Of a stretch of 64,000 nucleotides of DNA, positions 1 to 11,345 are shown piece by piece. The notes beneath the pieces are model-generated. The model saw nothing but the letters and a program-made list of their open reading frames with translations. It made no database searches and was not told where the DNA came from. This stretch comes from Lama glama (lineage: Eukaryota), in NCBI GenBank assembly GCA_028534125.1, contig CM052818.1:37202001-37266000 (forward strand), given 5' to 3'. Every line of letters starts with the position of its first letter. Position 1 is the stretch's first letter. The position numbers and the translations under genes were made by a program.

Positions 1-1699
1 AAACGAAGGGAGAAAAAAACCCCAACAACAACAACAAAGTGGTTTCATTCTGGGAATAAACACAGACTCAGTGACGATTAAGAACAACACCAAACAAAAG
101 GTTCACGCCCAGTCTTCAATAATTTCATAATTTCTTAAGGATGCACAGAATCATGTAGCGATGCACAGTAAGGCATAAAGGGCTTTCACAGCTCCGGCTT
201 CAGCCATGATTGATGAGAAAATGCTACTGGAGGGAGAAAAGGAAAATGAATATTTATTAATGGAATACAGTGTCGGGGGTGCTTAAAATCTAAGGAGATC
301 CATCATTTCGTATTCAAGGTTGGATGCATTCAGAACAGAAAGTTCAGGATGAGGACCCCATAGCTGAACTGTAGACCAGAAAAATTCGCAGGTGCTGCCG
401 TCATCCGGACCACGGGGGACTTCCTGGAGATGTTATTCCCATTTCAGCCTCCATTTGCATCAGCTGAACAGGGCAATGTTACATGAGTTATCACTCCAGA
501 AATGCTATGACAACAGTTGCCTTCACATTTTAGAACACCCAGAGCTATGTGGCCTGGTCATTCACCCAGAAGTTAATATATCATATCTTCGTATTTTCTC
601 TGAATACGGTAGTTATAGTCTCTGTGCTGGCAGCTTGGGAATTATTAGCAAGACTTTTTTTCTACCATGACTTCATCTGTTCTCCTTTGCACCTTTTAAG
701 TGCAGTTTAGCCAACCAATAGCACCTTTTCAAATCCCCTTGCGTATTCTCTCCCCTTCCCTATGCTTGCTCTATTTAGGTTGCTGAGTTAGTTAAGACTC
801 AGAAAAGACTGTTTCCTTTTGGTGAAATGTTACTCATCTGACCTTAACATCCTAAAAAAAATTGAAGTTGGAAATCCAAGGAAGGCATTGTGGATCTCTT
901 CTGTGATGGTGTTATTTCTCCATGTAAGCAGCTTGTTCAGGCAATTAACAGTAGTGATACCGTGGCTTGTTGTTTTGACAGGGAAGGAGAAATTGACTGA
1001 TGGCATTTAACTGCCTAATTTAACTTAAGGTATTGAAGTTGTAATGGAAGTTTCAGTGTGTAGACTTCAGCTAATGGGTAGCCCCCAAGCACATCACCCC
1101 TACCCACATAACCATAGGTACACAATGTTTTCAACTCCCCAGGCTTCCTTGGGATCTACAGTGCTTTACTGTAGAATGTGGTAGTGATGGCTTATTGGTC
1201 TTATAAATCCACCTACACTAAGATTTTGAAATCACTGTCCTGATAAATGGTCTGGGTCTTTAGACTGTCACTCCTGTTACTTCTGGATATGACTATTTCT
1301 AGGTAGCAAATCTTGGACTGCAGGGGCTGGCTATTACTGGTTTGTTGTGTATGTTATGCCAGAAGAAAATTTGCTATTCTGTTAGATAGTGTGTTTCAAT
1401 TTACTTTAAACCATTGATTCTACCAAATCCTCAGCAATAGAGGTGGATGGATTGTCTCTGTTGGTCATCTCTGGGAGAAGGCCAAGAGGGTATGGATTGT
1501 ATTGTTACTTCTTTTATATCATGCACATTTCCCACCTCCCAGTATAGACTGGGTGGTTTGGTCCCTAGGAAAGGGCTGGATCTAAAGCAGGTATCCAGCA
1601 AATATTTAATGGGCTAGTTAATTTATTTAAGTTTTTTATTTGGATGAAAAGCAATATTGGAGTTTTATTCTGTCTGGAGAGGAGGATTCAGATCTACTG

Positions 1700-2111
1700 A
1701 TAATTATGTAGCAGTGGCCAGAAGGTATGTGTTCAGGGAGGCTGCACATCTCAAAGGATAGTTTAAAAAGCCTCTGAGTTGAACAAAAAGATGAATGATC
1801 TCTGGAGAGATTTTTCTGGCTTGGCTACAAATAGAGCCAATGAGGAAGAATGATGAGAGATGAAGCTAGAAAGGGGTAGTTAAAGGCAAGACCCAGAATA
1901 TCTTGGTATTTTCTGGTTAAAGACTTTTCGCTAGGTCCTGTAAACAATGAAGCATTAAGGACTTAAGAGGCCAAATTAAATAGATAATGCCTGATCTGAT
2001 TTGGATTTTAGAAAGCTTACTTTAACATTGTAGATGGACTGGAAGGTGGCAATAGTGGAGGAAGGAGGAAATGATAGAAGAGTTTTTCCATAAGCTAAGA
2101 CACTAGGTATG
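1700..2111 (-). mobile_element. L2 LINE fragment, left part, interrupted by MLT1B
   Basis: L2-like antisense motifs (tctgatttggattttagaaag, gatggactggaaggtggc). The element continues at 3682-3840 after the nested insertions. Confidence 0.6.
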
Positions 2112-2501
2112 TGTTATGACTTAGTTGTGTCTCCTGAAAATTCTTCTGTAGAAGCCCTAACTCTTGGTACCTCAGAATGTGACTGAATTTGGAGATAGAT
2201 CCTTTAGGTAGGTAATTAAGTTTAAATGAAGCTGTTTGGGTGGGTTTCGGTCCAATCTGACTGGTGTCTTTATAAGAAGAAGAGTTTAGGACACAAGAGA
2301 CACACTGGGGATGTTCATGTCGAGAGAAAAGGCCATGTGAGGACACAGCGGGAAGGCGGCCGTCTGTAAGTTAGGGAGAGAGGCCTCAGTGGAAACCAAA
2401 CCTACCGACACTTTGATCTTGGACATCCAGCCTCCAAAACAGTGAGAAAATACATTTCTGCTGTTTAAGTCCCCCAGTCTGTGGCATTTTGTTACGGCAG
2501 C

Positions 2502-3657
2502 CCTTTTCTCCAGAGAAACAGTACCAACAGGATATGTCTGTCTGTCTGTCTGTCTGTTTATCTATTTATTTATTGTAAGGAGTTGGCTCACACAATGATG
2601 GAGGCTAAGAAGACCTTGTAGTTGTCAAGCTGGAGGCCCAGGAGAGTGGATGACGTAGGTCAGTCCAAAAGCCAACAGGCTGGAGACCCAGGAAAAGCCA
2701 GTGTTTTAGTTCAAGGTCAAAGGCGGGGAAAGGCTGATGTCCCAGCTTTGGCAGTCAGATAGAAGTTTCCTCTTACTTCAGAAAGGGCCAGACTTGTGTG
2801 CCTGACTGCTGGGCTCATCCTCCTCTCTCTTGTTCCCCTGCACCCTGTTGCGCTCACTTTCTGCCCTGCCCTGCCCTGCTCTCAAGAGACACAAGCCATC
2901 TCCCCCAGCAAGCGGCCCCGGCCTGCCGTGGAGGAGGGCGGCACACGGCTCCGCTTTGCCCAGCTCTCGGATCACCTCATCACCCCTACCAAGGGGTCCA
3001 CGCGCGCCACGGGCTATGACCCGTAAAGTGCCTGTGATTACATGGTGCCACCTACGCAGAAGGTCCTTGTGAAAACCAGCATTCAGATAGCTTTCCCTTC
3101 TGGGTGCTATGGAGGAGCAGCTCCATGTTCAGGCTTGGCTGCAAAACACTTCATAGATGTAGGAGCTGGTGTCATAGATGAAGATTACAGAGGAAATGTT
3201 GGTGTTGCACTATTTAATTTTGGCAAAGAAAAGTTTAAATTTGAAAAGGGCAATTGAATTGCATGGCTCATTTATGAAAAGGATTTTTTACCCAGAAATA
3301 GAGGAAGTTCAAGTTTTAGATGAGAAGGAAAGGGGTTCAGGAGGCTTTGGTTCTACTGGGAAGAATTAAAGTTTATGCCAAGAACAGAAAATGAGAAAAT
3401 GTACTTTTTCACTGAAAATAAAAACTTTGCTTAAAGTGAAAAAAAGGGGGGGGCAGCCTTTCTGTTCTTGTCAGGCCTTCAACTGATTGGGTGAGGGCCA
3501 CCCACATTAGGGGGTGCAGTCCACTTTACTCAGTCTGCTGATGCAAATGTTAATCTCATCCAGAAACACTCTCACAGACACACCTAGAATAATGTCTGGA
3601 CGAATATCTGGGCACCCCATGGCCCAGTCATGTTGATACATAAAATCAGTCATCACA
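2502..3657 (-). mobile_element. MLT2 (ERVL) solo LTR (2502-2791 plus ~3446-3657), interrupted by the DUT retrocopy
   Basis: ttctccagagaaacagtaccaacaggatat ... gagttggctcacacaatgatggaggct; resumes with caggccttcaactgattgggtgagggcccaccacatt ... atatctgggcacccc ... catcaca. Near-TSD GCAGC (2497-2501) / GCAAC (3658-3662). Confidence 0.9.
2792..3445 (+). pseudogene. DUT: Processed (retrotransposed) pseudogene of dUTPase, nuclear isoform
   Basis: Intronless translation from 2871: (L)[136 protein letters not shown], which matches mammalian DUT-N. Lesions: start codon ATG>CTG (2871), TAA 3024-3026, TGA 3255-3257, +1 frameshift at ~3275-3280. AATAAA at 3417-3422 and an A-tract at 3439-3445. Confidence 0.97.
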
Positions 3658-3681
3658 GCAACCCTAGCAAACTACTGTATG

Positions 3682-3840
3682 TAGCGGTAGCCCATGGGAT
3701 GCATTAGAGGAGATGGATTTGAGAAATATTTTAAGTGGTATTATAAGGACTTGGTGACTGATCAGGTGCAAGGAATAAAGAAGAGTGATTCAGTCAATAA
3801 TATCTTCAGTATTCCTACATCAGATGATTGAGTGGGGGAT
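3682..3840 (-). mobile_element. L2 LINE fragment, right part
   Basis: gagatggatttgagaaatattttaag ... ggacttggtgactgatcagg is typical antisense L2 and collinear with 1700-2111. Confidence 0.6.
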
Positions 3841-3864
3841 GTGTGGGGGAAACACAGTGCACAT

Positions 3865-3865
<1 letters not shown>

Positions 3866-3912
<47 letters not shown>

Positions 3913-3913
3913 A
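3866..3913. repeat. (CA)n microsatellite
   Basis: Directly visible CA run. Confidence 0.97.
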
Positions 3914-5354
3914 GAGCAACTTCTATTAGATGTGTATAAAAGTTAAGGGGGAAATTGAGATTTAATCACTTACCCAGAGTTCACAATTTTTTGTAGCTAT
4001 TAGGAGCGAAGCTGTTCAACAGGATCTTTGTAAACTAATAATACAGGTAAAAATGATGCATTGAACTCATGAGACAGACCTTGAGGTCTTTAATAAGAAG
4101 CATAGATATTATTTTTTTGTTCTGTATTTTTTCTCCCCCGGCCCACATTGGATCAGAAGCACTGCATTAGAGGGGAGTGCGAGTGTATGTATGTGCTTTG
4201 ATTTGCATGCAGGAGGGAGTTCCAGTCCGGTAGATTAACCATATGTAAAACTGACTGTCAAAGCCTAGGTTTGAGGGAAGAAAGAGCAAATCTATAGGAA
4301 ATGGTACATGAACTTAAAGGCACAAAGATTTGGCACCATTTTGACCAGGAACAAGCAGACACACACTGAGTGGTCTAGAAGTCATGGGCATTTGGTGTCT
4401 GAGTCATCAGTGAAAGGTTACATGTGATGGCCAGGTCTGCTATCTAATTAGGTGGAAAAATAATAGGTAGGTTTTGGAACCAATCAATATATAAAAGAGG
4501 TTTGCAGTGAAACTCAATTGTGATGGTACAGCCATGGGCAGGGGAGTGAAAATGTTGACTGGAGTCCCCTTGTGATGGGGCAAAGGGGCCAGAGTGGGGG
4601 CAGCAGGATAGGAGGGAGACATGCACACATCCTGGAGCCCCAGACCTCCACGAGCAGCAGCTGCCTCCTGCTGCACCTGCCAGGTGAGATGCTCATCTGC
4701 ACAGCGTTTGCTCTCAGTGGTGCTGCCACCATCAATTGCTTTTCTCTCTGCAGTTTCCCAGCCCACCCTGACGGGGCTTGGCTGGTGGAGGTCGGGGGTT
4801 GATGAACTTCAACAAGCAGGAAATTATGGGGGAAATAAAGCACATCCTTTCCTAAAAGGCTTTACCTTTCCTTGTTATTTCAAAACCTGTAACTTTACAC
4901 TCAGTCCAGTTGCTCTTCAGGTGGTCTCTTGGGTGAAATGAATTGGTTGGCAAAAGGGTGCCCACCTGTCTATTGAGAGATTAATGGCTTAGTTTTGAGA
5001 AGCCAGTGGCATTCTGCTGTGCAAGGGACTGCTCCCTCTTTGATCTTTAATCTGTTAGTACAATTGCAAGTGAAAACTCACAAAGAATTGCATTACAAGC
5101 CATTTTGGGGTAGAACTTACATGTGACCCAGGGAGGCTGGTTCTGCATAAGCTGCTGACAACCTTTTGCAAAATAAATTTATCCTTGATTAAAGACCTAT
5201 ATGTGTTGGGAGTGGGTGGGAGCAGGTAGAGAAGGTAGAGGAGTGGTGAGCAGATAAAAATCCAGGGTGAATCATTTGGCTGTTTAATGGAAAAGGTGAT
5301 AGCAATATTTGTAAGAGTTTGTTTCCACAACACACATGCATGGAAGTGTTTACC

Positions 5355-5562
5355 ACATGAGTGAGCGTGGAAGCAGATTGTGCCCTAGTCGAAATTTCAG
5401 ATGACTGCAGCCTTTGCTGACCTTGACTGCAGCCTCATGAGAGACCTTGGGATGGAAGATCTGGCTCCACCATACCTGGATTCCTGACCCTGTGAGATAA
5501 TAATTTGTGTTAAGTTGCTAAGTTACGGGGTAGCTTGTTACACGGCAGTAGACAACTAATAT
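5355..5562 (+). mobile_element. MLT1 (E/F-like) LTR 3' fragment
   Basis: gatgactgcagcc..gaccttgactgcagcctcatgagagacc..ggattcctgaccc..tgtgagataata..ttgttacacggcagtagacaactaatata. Confidence 0.8.
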
Positions 5563-6329
5563 ACCACCTAAGATTTTTGGATAAGCATAATTTAAGCAAG
5601 GGGCTATGTCCATTACAGCAAAGACATTTCTGTTGAAACTAGAAATATTCATTTTCAAATTATTGTCCCCATCTCCACCCCCACCTCCACCAGCCCAGGA
5701 TTGCACACTGCCCTGGATAAATTGCTATACCGCATCTTAGTTTACTCAGGTTGAAGAAGTAAAGTGATGGTCAAAGTTATTGATTTCAAAGACTCCTTAA
5801 GAAATTAGCCCCAATCATTACAGTGAATGGTACCCAAAGCTGATAAAGAATCAGTTTAGCCATACTTTTCAGCCCATTTAGGAAATCAGGTTAAATAAAC
5901 CATTAATATGAATGAGCCCTGCAATGATAGAAAAAAATACAAATTAAAGCATAACAGCTTCTTTTTAAAGAACCTCTCTTTTTTGTTTGTTTGTGTTGTT
6001 TGTTGTTGTTGTTCCCACATCCAAATATGACAAATACTTCCTGGCACTTTTCCTGTTTGGGGCTTAGGATGGTCAGTGACCCTGAGGCCGTGGTAATAGT
6101 CATACTGTTTATTTATTACTCTTTAGACTCAGATGGCAGTCCCAGGCCTTGGAGCTCTGGACAGATTTGTATGAGCATCTGGCCAGAAAATGACTCTCCT
6201 GCTACCATGAAGCTAGCTGGCTCAGGCACCTGCTTTTTTTTTTTTTTTTTGAGTATGAATGATGCTCTTTTTCTTTCTTGGGGGCGAGGAGACTGACATC
6301 CTACTTAGTTTAGAAAACTTAGTCTAGAG

Positions 6330-6660
6330 CCATGCCGTCCTATAGAAATGTCCAAGCCACAAATCCTAGCCCCATATGTAATTTTAAATTTTCTAGTGGC
6401 TACATTAAAAAGCTAAAAAGAAACAGTTGAATTTAATGTGAATAATATATTTTATTTAGCCCAATATATCCAGTGTTTTATCACTTCAACATGCAATTGA
6501 CATAGAAAATCATTTATGAGATAGTTTACATTCTTCTTTCTTTTTCATTCTAAATCTCACAGTAAGATGTGTGTACTTACAACATGTCTTAGTTCACACT
6601 ACCCACATCACAAGTGCTCAGTAGTCACACGTGCTTGATGGCTAATGTACTGGACGAGGC
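6330..6660 (+). mobile_element. MER33 (hAT-Charlie MITE)
   Basis: catatgtaattttaaattttctagtggctacattaaaaag..aataatatattttatttagcccaatatatcca..caagtgctcagtagtcacacgtg..gtactggac matches the MER33 layout. Confidence 0.88.
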
Positions 6661-7149
6661 TGGTCTTGAACCTGTGCAGAGCAGCCCCTGCCTCTCAGAC
6701 TGCCTGGGACCCACCTTCACGCCACTTTCCAGTCTCCTAATGAACTCCCCCGTTCTTTCTGCCCCACGGTCTTCCTGCTCTGCGCCCTCCTCCTTGGCCA
6801 GCTGTTTCAGTTTTCCAGCTTTCTCATGCTGTGTAATCCGGCTACACTTGAGGACGATGATTCAACAGCAGGTTCTTCGGCTGCTCCTCTGAAGCTCTCT
6901 TTTGAAACAGGAAACATAATAGGATATACATTATGGCAACATTCAAACTTCATCAATTATCCATTACATCTGCCATCTCCCTTCTGCCAATCGAGGTAAC
7001 TATGTTATTACCAAAAAAAAAAAAATCTTATTTTAATTATAATCCAATCAGAAGATGCATCCATTATGTAGAATGCTTTGGCATGTTCTAAGAATTTAAT
7101 TTTTGCACAAATAGTGGAGCAAATGCTGCAGAGAGGAAGGAGTTGGTTC

Positions 7150-7740
7150 GTTCGTTTCCTCATTAATTCAGTCATTCAAAAAATACATACAGAGTACTAG
7201 CTACGTGGAGGCATTGTGTTTGATGGGGGACACAAAGTTATACAGATCGTGGCCCCTGCTCTTAGGAAACTCACGGCCGAAAAGTAGAGCTGAGCCCTGA
7301 GCAGATGCCCAGCATGGCCACCTGCCTTCACAAGGGTTCTAACTAGGGTGATGGGGAGACATCTTGGAGGAAGTGAAATCGTGCTAAGTATGGAAGGCGT
7401 GGGTCGGCTTTTGATGTGTCACCGTGGATGAGAAGGGAGAGGCGTGGAGAGAATTTCAGAGACTGGCATGATAATATGACACAGAGAGGTAAAACCATAC
7501 ATTGAAAATATGTGCAGGGATGTATCCTTCTGACAGGCTGAAATGGAGAGGGCTGCGAGGACCCTGTGCGCAGTCAGGGTGCACAACTAGGTCAGGCCAG
7601 ATCCTGGGAGGGCTTTCGTGCTGGGCCCGGAGACTGGATCTCCTTTTCTTGGCTGGGTGGAGCCAAGGAGGCTTCTAAGCGGAGCTGTGAGAGGATCAGA
7701 GCTGTGCCTCTCGAGGGTGGACCTGAAATGTGCATGCGCT
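7150..7740 (-). mobile_element. L2 3' region
   Basis: cattaattcagtcattcaaaaaata tail, ggcccctgctcttaggaaactcac, tcttggaggaagtga. Confidence 0.7.
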
Positions 7741-7792
7741 TGTGCACAGAACTCTAGGGGGAGGAGGTGGCGGGGGAGGGCTCTGAACACTT

Positions 7793-7920
7793 TGTCTCTC
7801 GTGGGAACAAACAATATTAAAGTAATGGGTTTATGCATTTTTTGACCTTTAAAAAATGGTATTTTCAGCAAACTTCCTCCTCCCCACCTCGCCCTTGTTA
7901 AATATTTCATCTCAACTGGA
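7793..7920 (+). repeat. Copy 1 of a diverged ~125-bp direct repeat (copy 2 at 9891-10015)
   Basis: Collinear shared blocks tgtctct / gtaatggg / ttatg / caaacttcct / ccttgttaaatatt / tcaact. Confidence 0.85.
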
Positions 7921-8519
7921 AAATACCCACAACAATAATTTTTTTTTATGGTTTTAGCCTTTCAGTAATAAACCAAAACAAACAGTGGGGAGCTTAAAAG
8001 GCCTTTCAGCTGAGAAAGATGAAAGCAGATGCCTCTGGTTTAGATTATTGTTAGAAAGCACTAGAGTTTTTTCTGGAAATCCTGTGAGGAAGAGGGAGCA
8101 GGAGGCAGAGCTGGTGCCGTGGCCGGCCTATCCCTGACCTGACGTTGGGGTAGTGCTTCTTGCTCGCCCAGCGTCTGTGTATGCGTGCGTCCAAGAATCA
8201 CATTATCTGAAGTGGGATCCTCCTTCCCCTCTCGGGGGCTGGAACCCTCTTGTCTTCCAACCTGTAGGGAAAGCCCCAGGGAGGGAGGCAGAGAAATGGG
8301 TACATTTTGTCACAACACTATTGGGAAGCAGCGATGCCTTTATGCCGTAATGAAGCCTAGAAGGCATGGTTTCTTAATGCAGCCCTTTGCTTAGACTGTT
8401 GACTTAAGCCCGTTTGTCACTCTAACTTTGACTTGTCCAGAGCTTCCATTTTTTAGCAACAAGCAAACAGGCACTCCCTGTCTACTTAGACTGTTCCTTC
8501 CCACCAGCCTTTGTTCAAT

Positions 8520-8790
8520 CCATTCCTTCCACCTAAAAAAGCCTGCCATTCATTTATTCAGACATTTGTTCAGCCAACACTTAATGAGAACCTACTGTGT
8601 ACCAGAACCCAAGGATTCAGAGACAAATAAAATGACAGTTTTATTTCAAAAGTGCACGGGCAAGTACACAGGTGTTAAAATATCTTGTGGCAAGTGCCAC
8701 GATTGGTGTTGTCTTCAAGGCTATGTGGACACCCAGCCTGTGGGGTCAGGAAGTCTTCCCAGAAGACAGGGTGTCTTCTTAGTTAATGAC
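8520..8790 (-). mobile_element. L2 3' fragment
   Basis: cattcatttattcag..aacacttaatgagaacctactgtgtaccag..ggattcagagacaaataa. Confidence 0.7.
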
Positions 8791-8849
8791 TTAGGAGCTA
8801 ACGCCTTCCAAGACCTATCCACATTCAGCACATCTCCCTTGACCTTGTG

Positions 8850-9040
8850 TCTTCTTGTTCTGAGCATTGCCACTTGTCCCTCATGTGCATTTTTTTTTTT
8901 GGATTCCACATATCAGTGCCATCATGGGGTATTAGTTTCTCTCTCTCTCTCTGACGTATTTCACTTAGCATAGTGCCTCCAAAGTCGATTTGTATGGTTG
9001 CAAATGATAAGATTTCCTCCTTTATCATGGCTGCATAATA

Positions 9041-9099
<59 letters not shown>

Positions 9100-9832
9100 A
9101 CACATAACACTTTTCGTTTATATTCATTCATCAATCAGTGGACACTTAGGTTGTTGCCATGTCTTGGCTGCTGTAAATAATTGTGCAATGAAGTTTCAAG
9201 TTGGTGTTTTCTGTTTTCTTCAGATAAATACCCAGGAGTGGAATTGCTGGATCACACAGTAGTTCTATTTTTATTTTTTTGAAGAACATCTATGCTGTTT
9301 TCTGTAGGGGCCATGCCAATTGACATTCCCATCAGCAGTGCATGGGAATTCCCTTCTCTCCACATCCTCACCAACACTTGTTATTTCTTGTATGTTTGAT
9401 AACAGCCATTCTAACAGGGTGAGGTGATCTTGTGGTTTGAATATGCATTCCCACGATAATTAGTGATGTTGAGCACCTTTTCGTGTACCTGTTGCCATAT
9501 GTATTTCTTCTTTGGAAAGTGTCTTTTCAGATTCTCTGCCCATTTTAAAATTAGATTGTTTGTTTTTTTGCTGTTGAGTTGTATGAGTTCTTTGTGTATT
9601 TTGGATATTAATCCCTAATCAGGTATGTGATTTGCAAATATGTTCTCCCATTCAGTAGGTTGCCTTTTCATCTTGTTAATGGTTTCCTTTGCTGTGCAGA
9701 GACATTTTTTAGTTTAATGTAGACCCATTTGCTCATTTTTGCTTTTGTTGCCTTTGCTTTTAGTGACAAATCCAAAAAATCTTCACCAAGATGGATGTCA
9801 AGGAGCTTACCACCCATGTTTTCTTCTAGGAG
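8850..9832 (-). mobile_element. L1 (L1MA/MB-type) 3' end with ORF2 C-terminal remnant, 5'-truncated
   Basis: ggattccacatatcagtg, tatttcacttagcatag, ggacacttaggttg, atacccaggagtggaattgctggatca, tgatgttgagcacc, tttgcaaatatgttctcccattc, ttttcttctaggagtttt. Confidence 0.92.
9044..9092. repeat. (TC)n microsatellite inside L1
   Basis: Directly visible. It produces the RERE/SLSL pseudo-ORFs. Confidence 0.97.
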
Positions 9833-9890
9833 TTTTTTGTTGTCATGTTTATTTATTTTTGTTCTTATGTTACTTTTTTTGACTGTTACC

Positions 9891-10015
9891 TGTCTCTTTT
9901 ATTGGAATAACCAATTAATGTAATGGGCTTATGTATATTTTGATTTTTTAAAAGAGTAATTTCAACAAACTTCCTTATCCCCTAAGTCCTTGTTAAATAT
10001 TCTATATCAACTAGA
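9891..10015 (+). repeat. Copy 2 of the diverged ~125-bp direct repeat
   Basis: Same collinear blocks as 7793-7920. Confidence 0.85.
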
Positions 10016-11029
10016 TAGCATATGATATCATTTGGGGGAGGGGGGGTCCATCAAGACTGGGGAGGTTATATAAGCCCATTCCTTTATACATCCGTTTAAC
10101 GATCACATTTTAAACACCTATATGTTTTATGGTACTTAACGTGTGAACAAAACAAATACAGTCCTTCCCTCATAAAGCTTATATGATAGTGGTAGTATAA
10201 GCCAATAGGTAAAAATATAAAAAACAAACGAGCAAACAAAACTTGGTAAGAAGCACTATGAACCAAAATAAATGAAAACAAAGCTTTTGGGAAGGTGGGT
10301 CTGTGGTCTTTCTTCTCTCATACTATGCTTGTTTTCATACATATATATGTTGGCCGCCTCCATGGTCCACAGGGGAAATTTGGTGCTGAGGGACGCAGTG
10401 CATAGGCTTCTAGATGTGGCTCTGGGCCACACAGGGGGCTGTGTTGAGACTGAGTAGCAAGCTTGGATCTGCTCCTAGGAGGCTTGCTGGGTTGATGTCA
10501 ACTCTCAAGGTGTCCTGAAGCAGGCACCTAGGTGTCCAGAGCCCATGGAGGTCCCCCCTGCCCGGGGCCATCTCACTTCCTCAGAGCCCTGCACCCTTCC
10601 CTGCAGGGTATCCTGCAACATCCCCATGATCCTCCTGTGCTTTCCTTGTAAACATAGCATCCCATGAGCAGAGTCTGGGGCCATTAGAGACTCCAGCCAA
10701 AAAAAAAAGAGGGCTGACAGCTTTAATTTCGGACAAAGAGGTAAAAACTAAAAGGAAAACTTTGTGCTTTAAAAGGAAGTAAATTTAGGTGCTGGGGAGA
10801 GAAAGACGTAATGTAGGATGATAAAGCAACACCCAGCCACCCCCATAATGACCAGAGCCTGGTTTCAAATAGATTTCTCTCTTTCTCTGAGTGACAAATA
10901 GAAATGGCCAGGCAGGCTACCTTGAACAGTGAGGAATATTTGCCATTTGCTTGGGGTAGTTGGTAAAAGAAACACCAGAATAACTCATCATAGTAATCCA
11001 GTTTATGATCTTGTGCATCTGGTAGAAGA

Positions 11030-11345
11030 CTTTTTTTTTCGGTTTTATTGAGATATAACTGACATGTAACATTGTACTTAAGGGCACAGGATAATGATTT
11101 GATATATGTAGAGACTGTGAAATGATCACCACAATAAATGTAGTTAACATCCATCATCTCACCTAGTGACACCTTTTGAGTATGTGTTGAGAACTTTTAA
11201 GATCTATTTTTTTAAGAAACATACAAATATACAAAATAGTATTGTTAATTGTAGTCACCAAGCTGTACATTATACCCCTACAACTTATTTATCTTATAAC
11301 TGGAAGTTTGTACTTTTTTAGTTTGTTCCTTTTGACCACCTTATC
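11030..11345 (-). mobile_element. L1M 3' UTR fragment
   Basis: ttttattgagatataactgacatgtaacattgt..gtgaaatgatcaccacaataa..gtagtcaccaagctgtacatt..cttataactggaagtttgtac. Confidence 0.88.

Larger units (their letters stand above)
2112..3676 (+). mobile_element. MLT1B-like MaLR solo LTR (2112-2501 plus 3658-3676), interrupted by MLT2
   Basis: Starts tgttatgac; contains gtacctcagaatgtgactgaatttggagatag, ccaatctgactggtgtctttataagaagaag and ggacatccagcctccaaaacagtgagaaaatacatttctg; ends ccctagcaaactac. Perfect 5-bp TSD GTATG at 2107-2111 and 3677-3681. Confidence 0.9.

Noticed and set aside
3042..3369. ORFs 3042-3257 and 3178-3369 as a functional or frameshift-recoded dUTPase
   Set aside because: The lost ATG, two in-frame stops, substituted conserved residues (GRVAPRS > GGAAPCS) and A-tail indicate a dead retrocopy. 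The stop at 3255 precedes the frameshift, so recoding would not rescue it.
6715..6898. Possible minus-strand exon (purine-rich, donor AAG|GTGGGT)
   Set aside because: Weak AAG acceptor and stops in all three frames, with no independent support.
8428..9180. 181-aa ORF and the RERE/SLSL ORFs
   Set aside because: They run through L2, antisense L1 and a (TC)n microsatellite.
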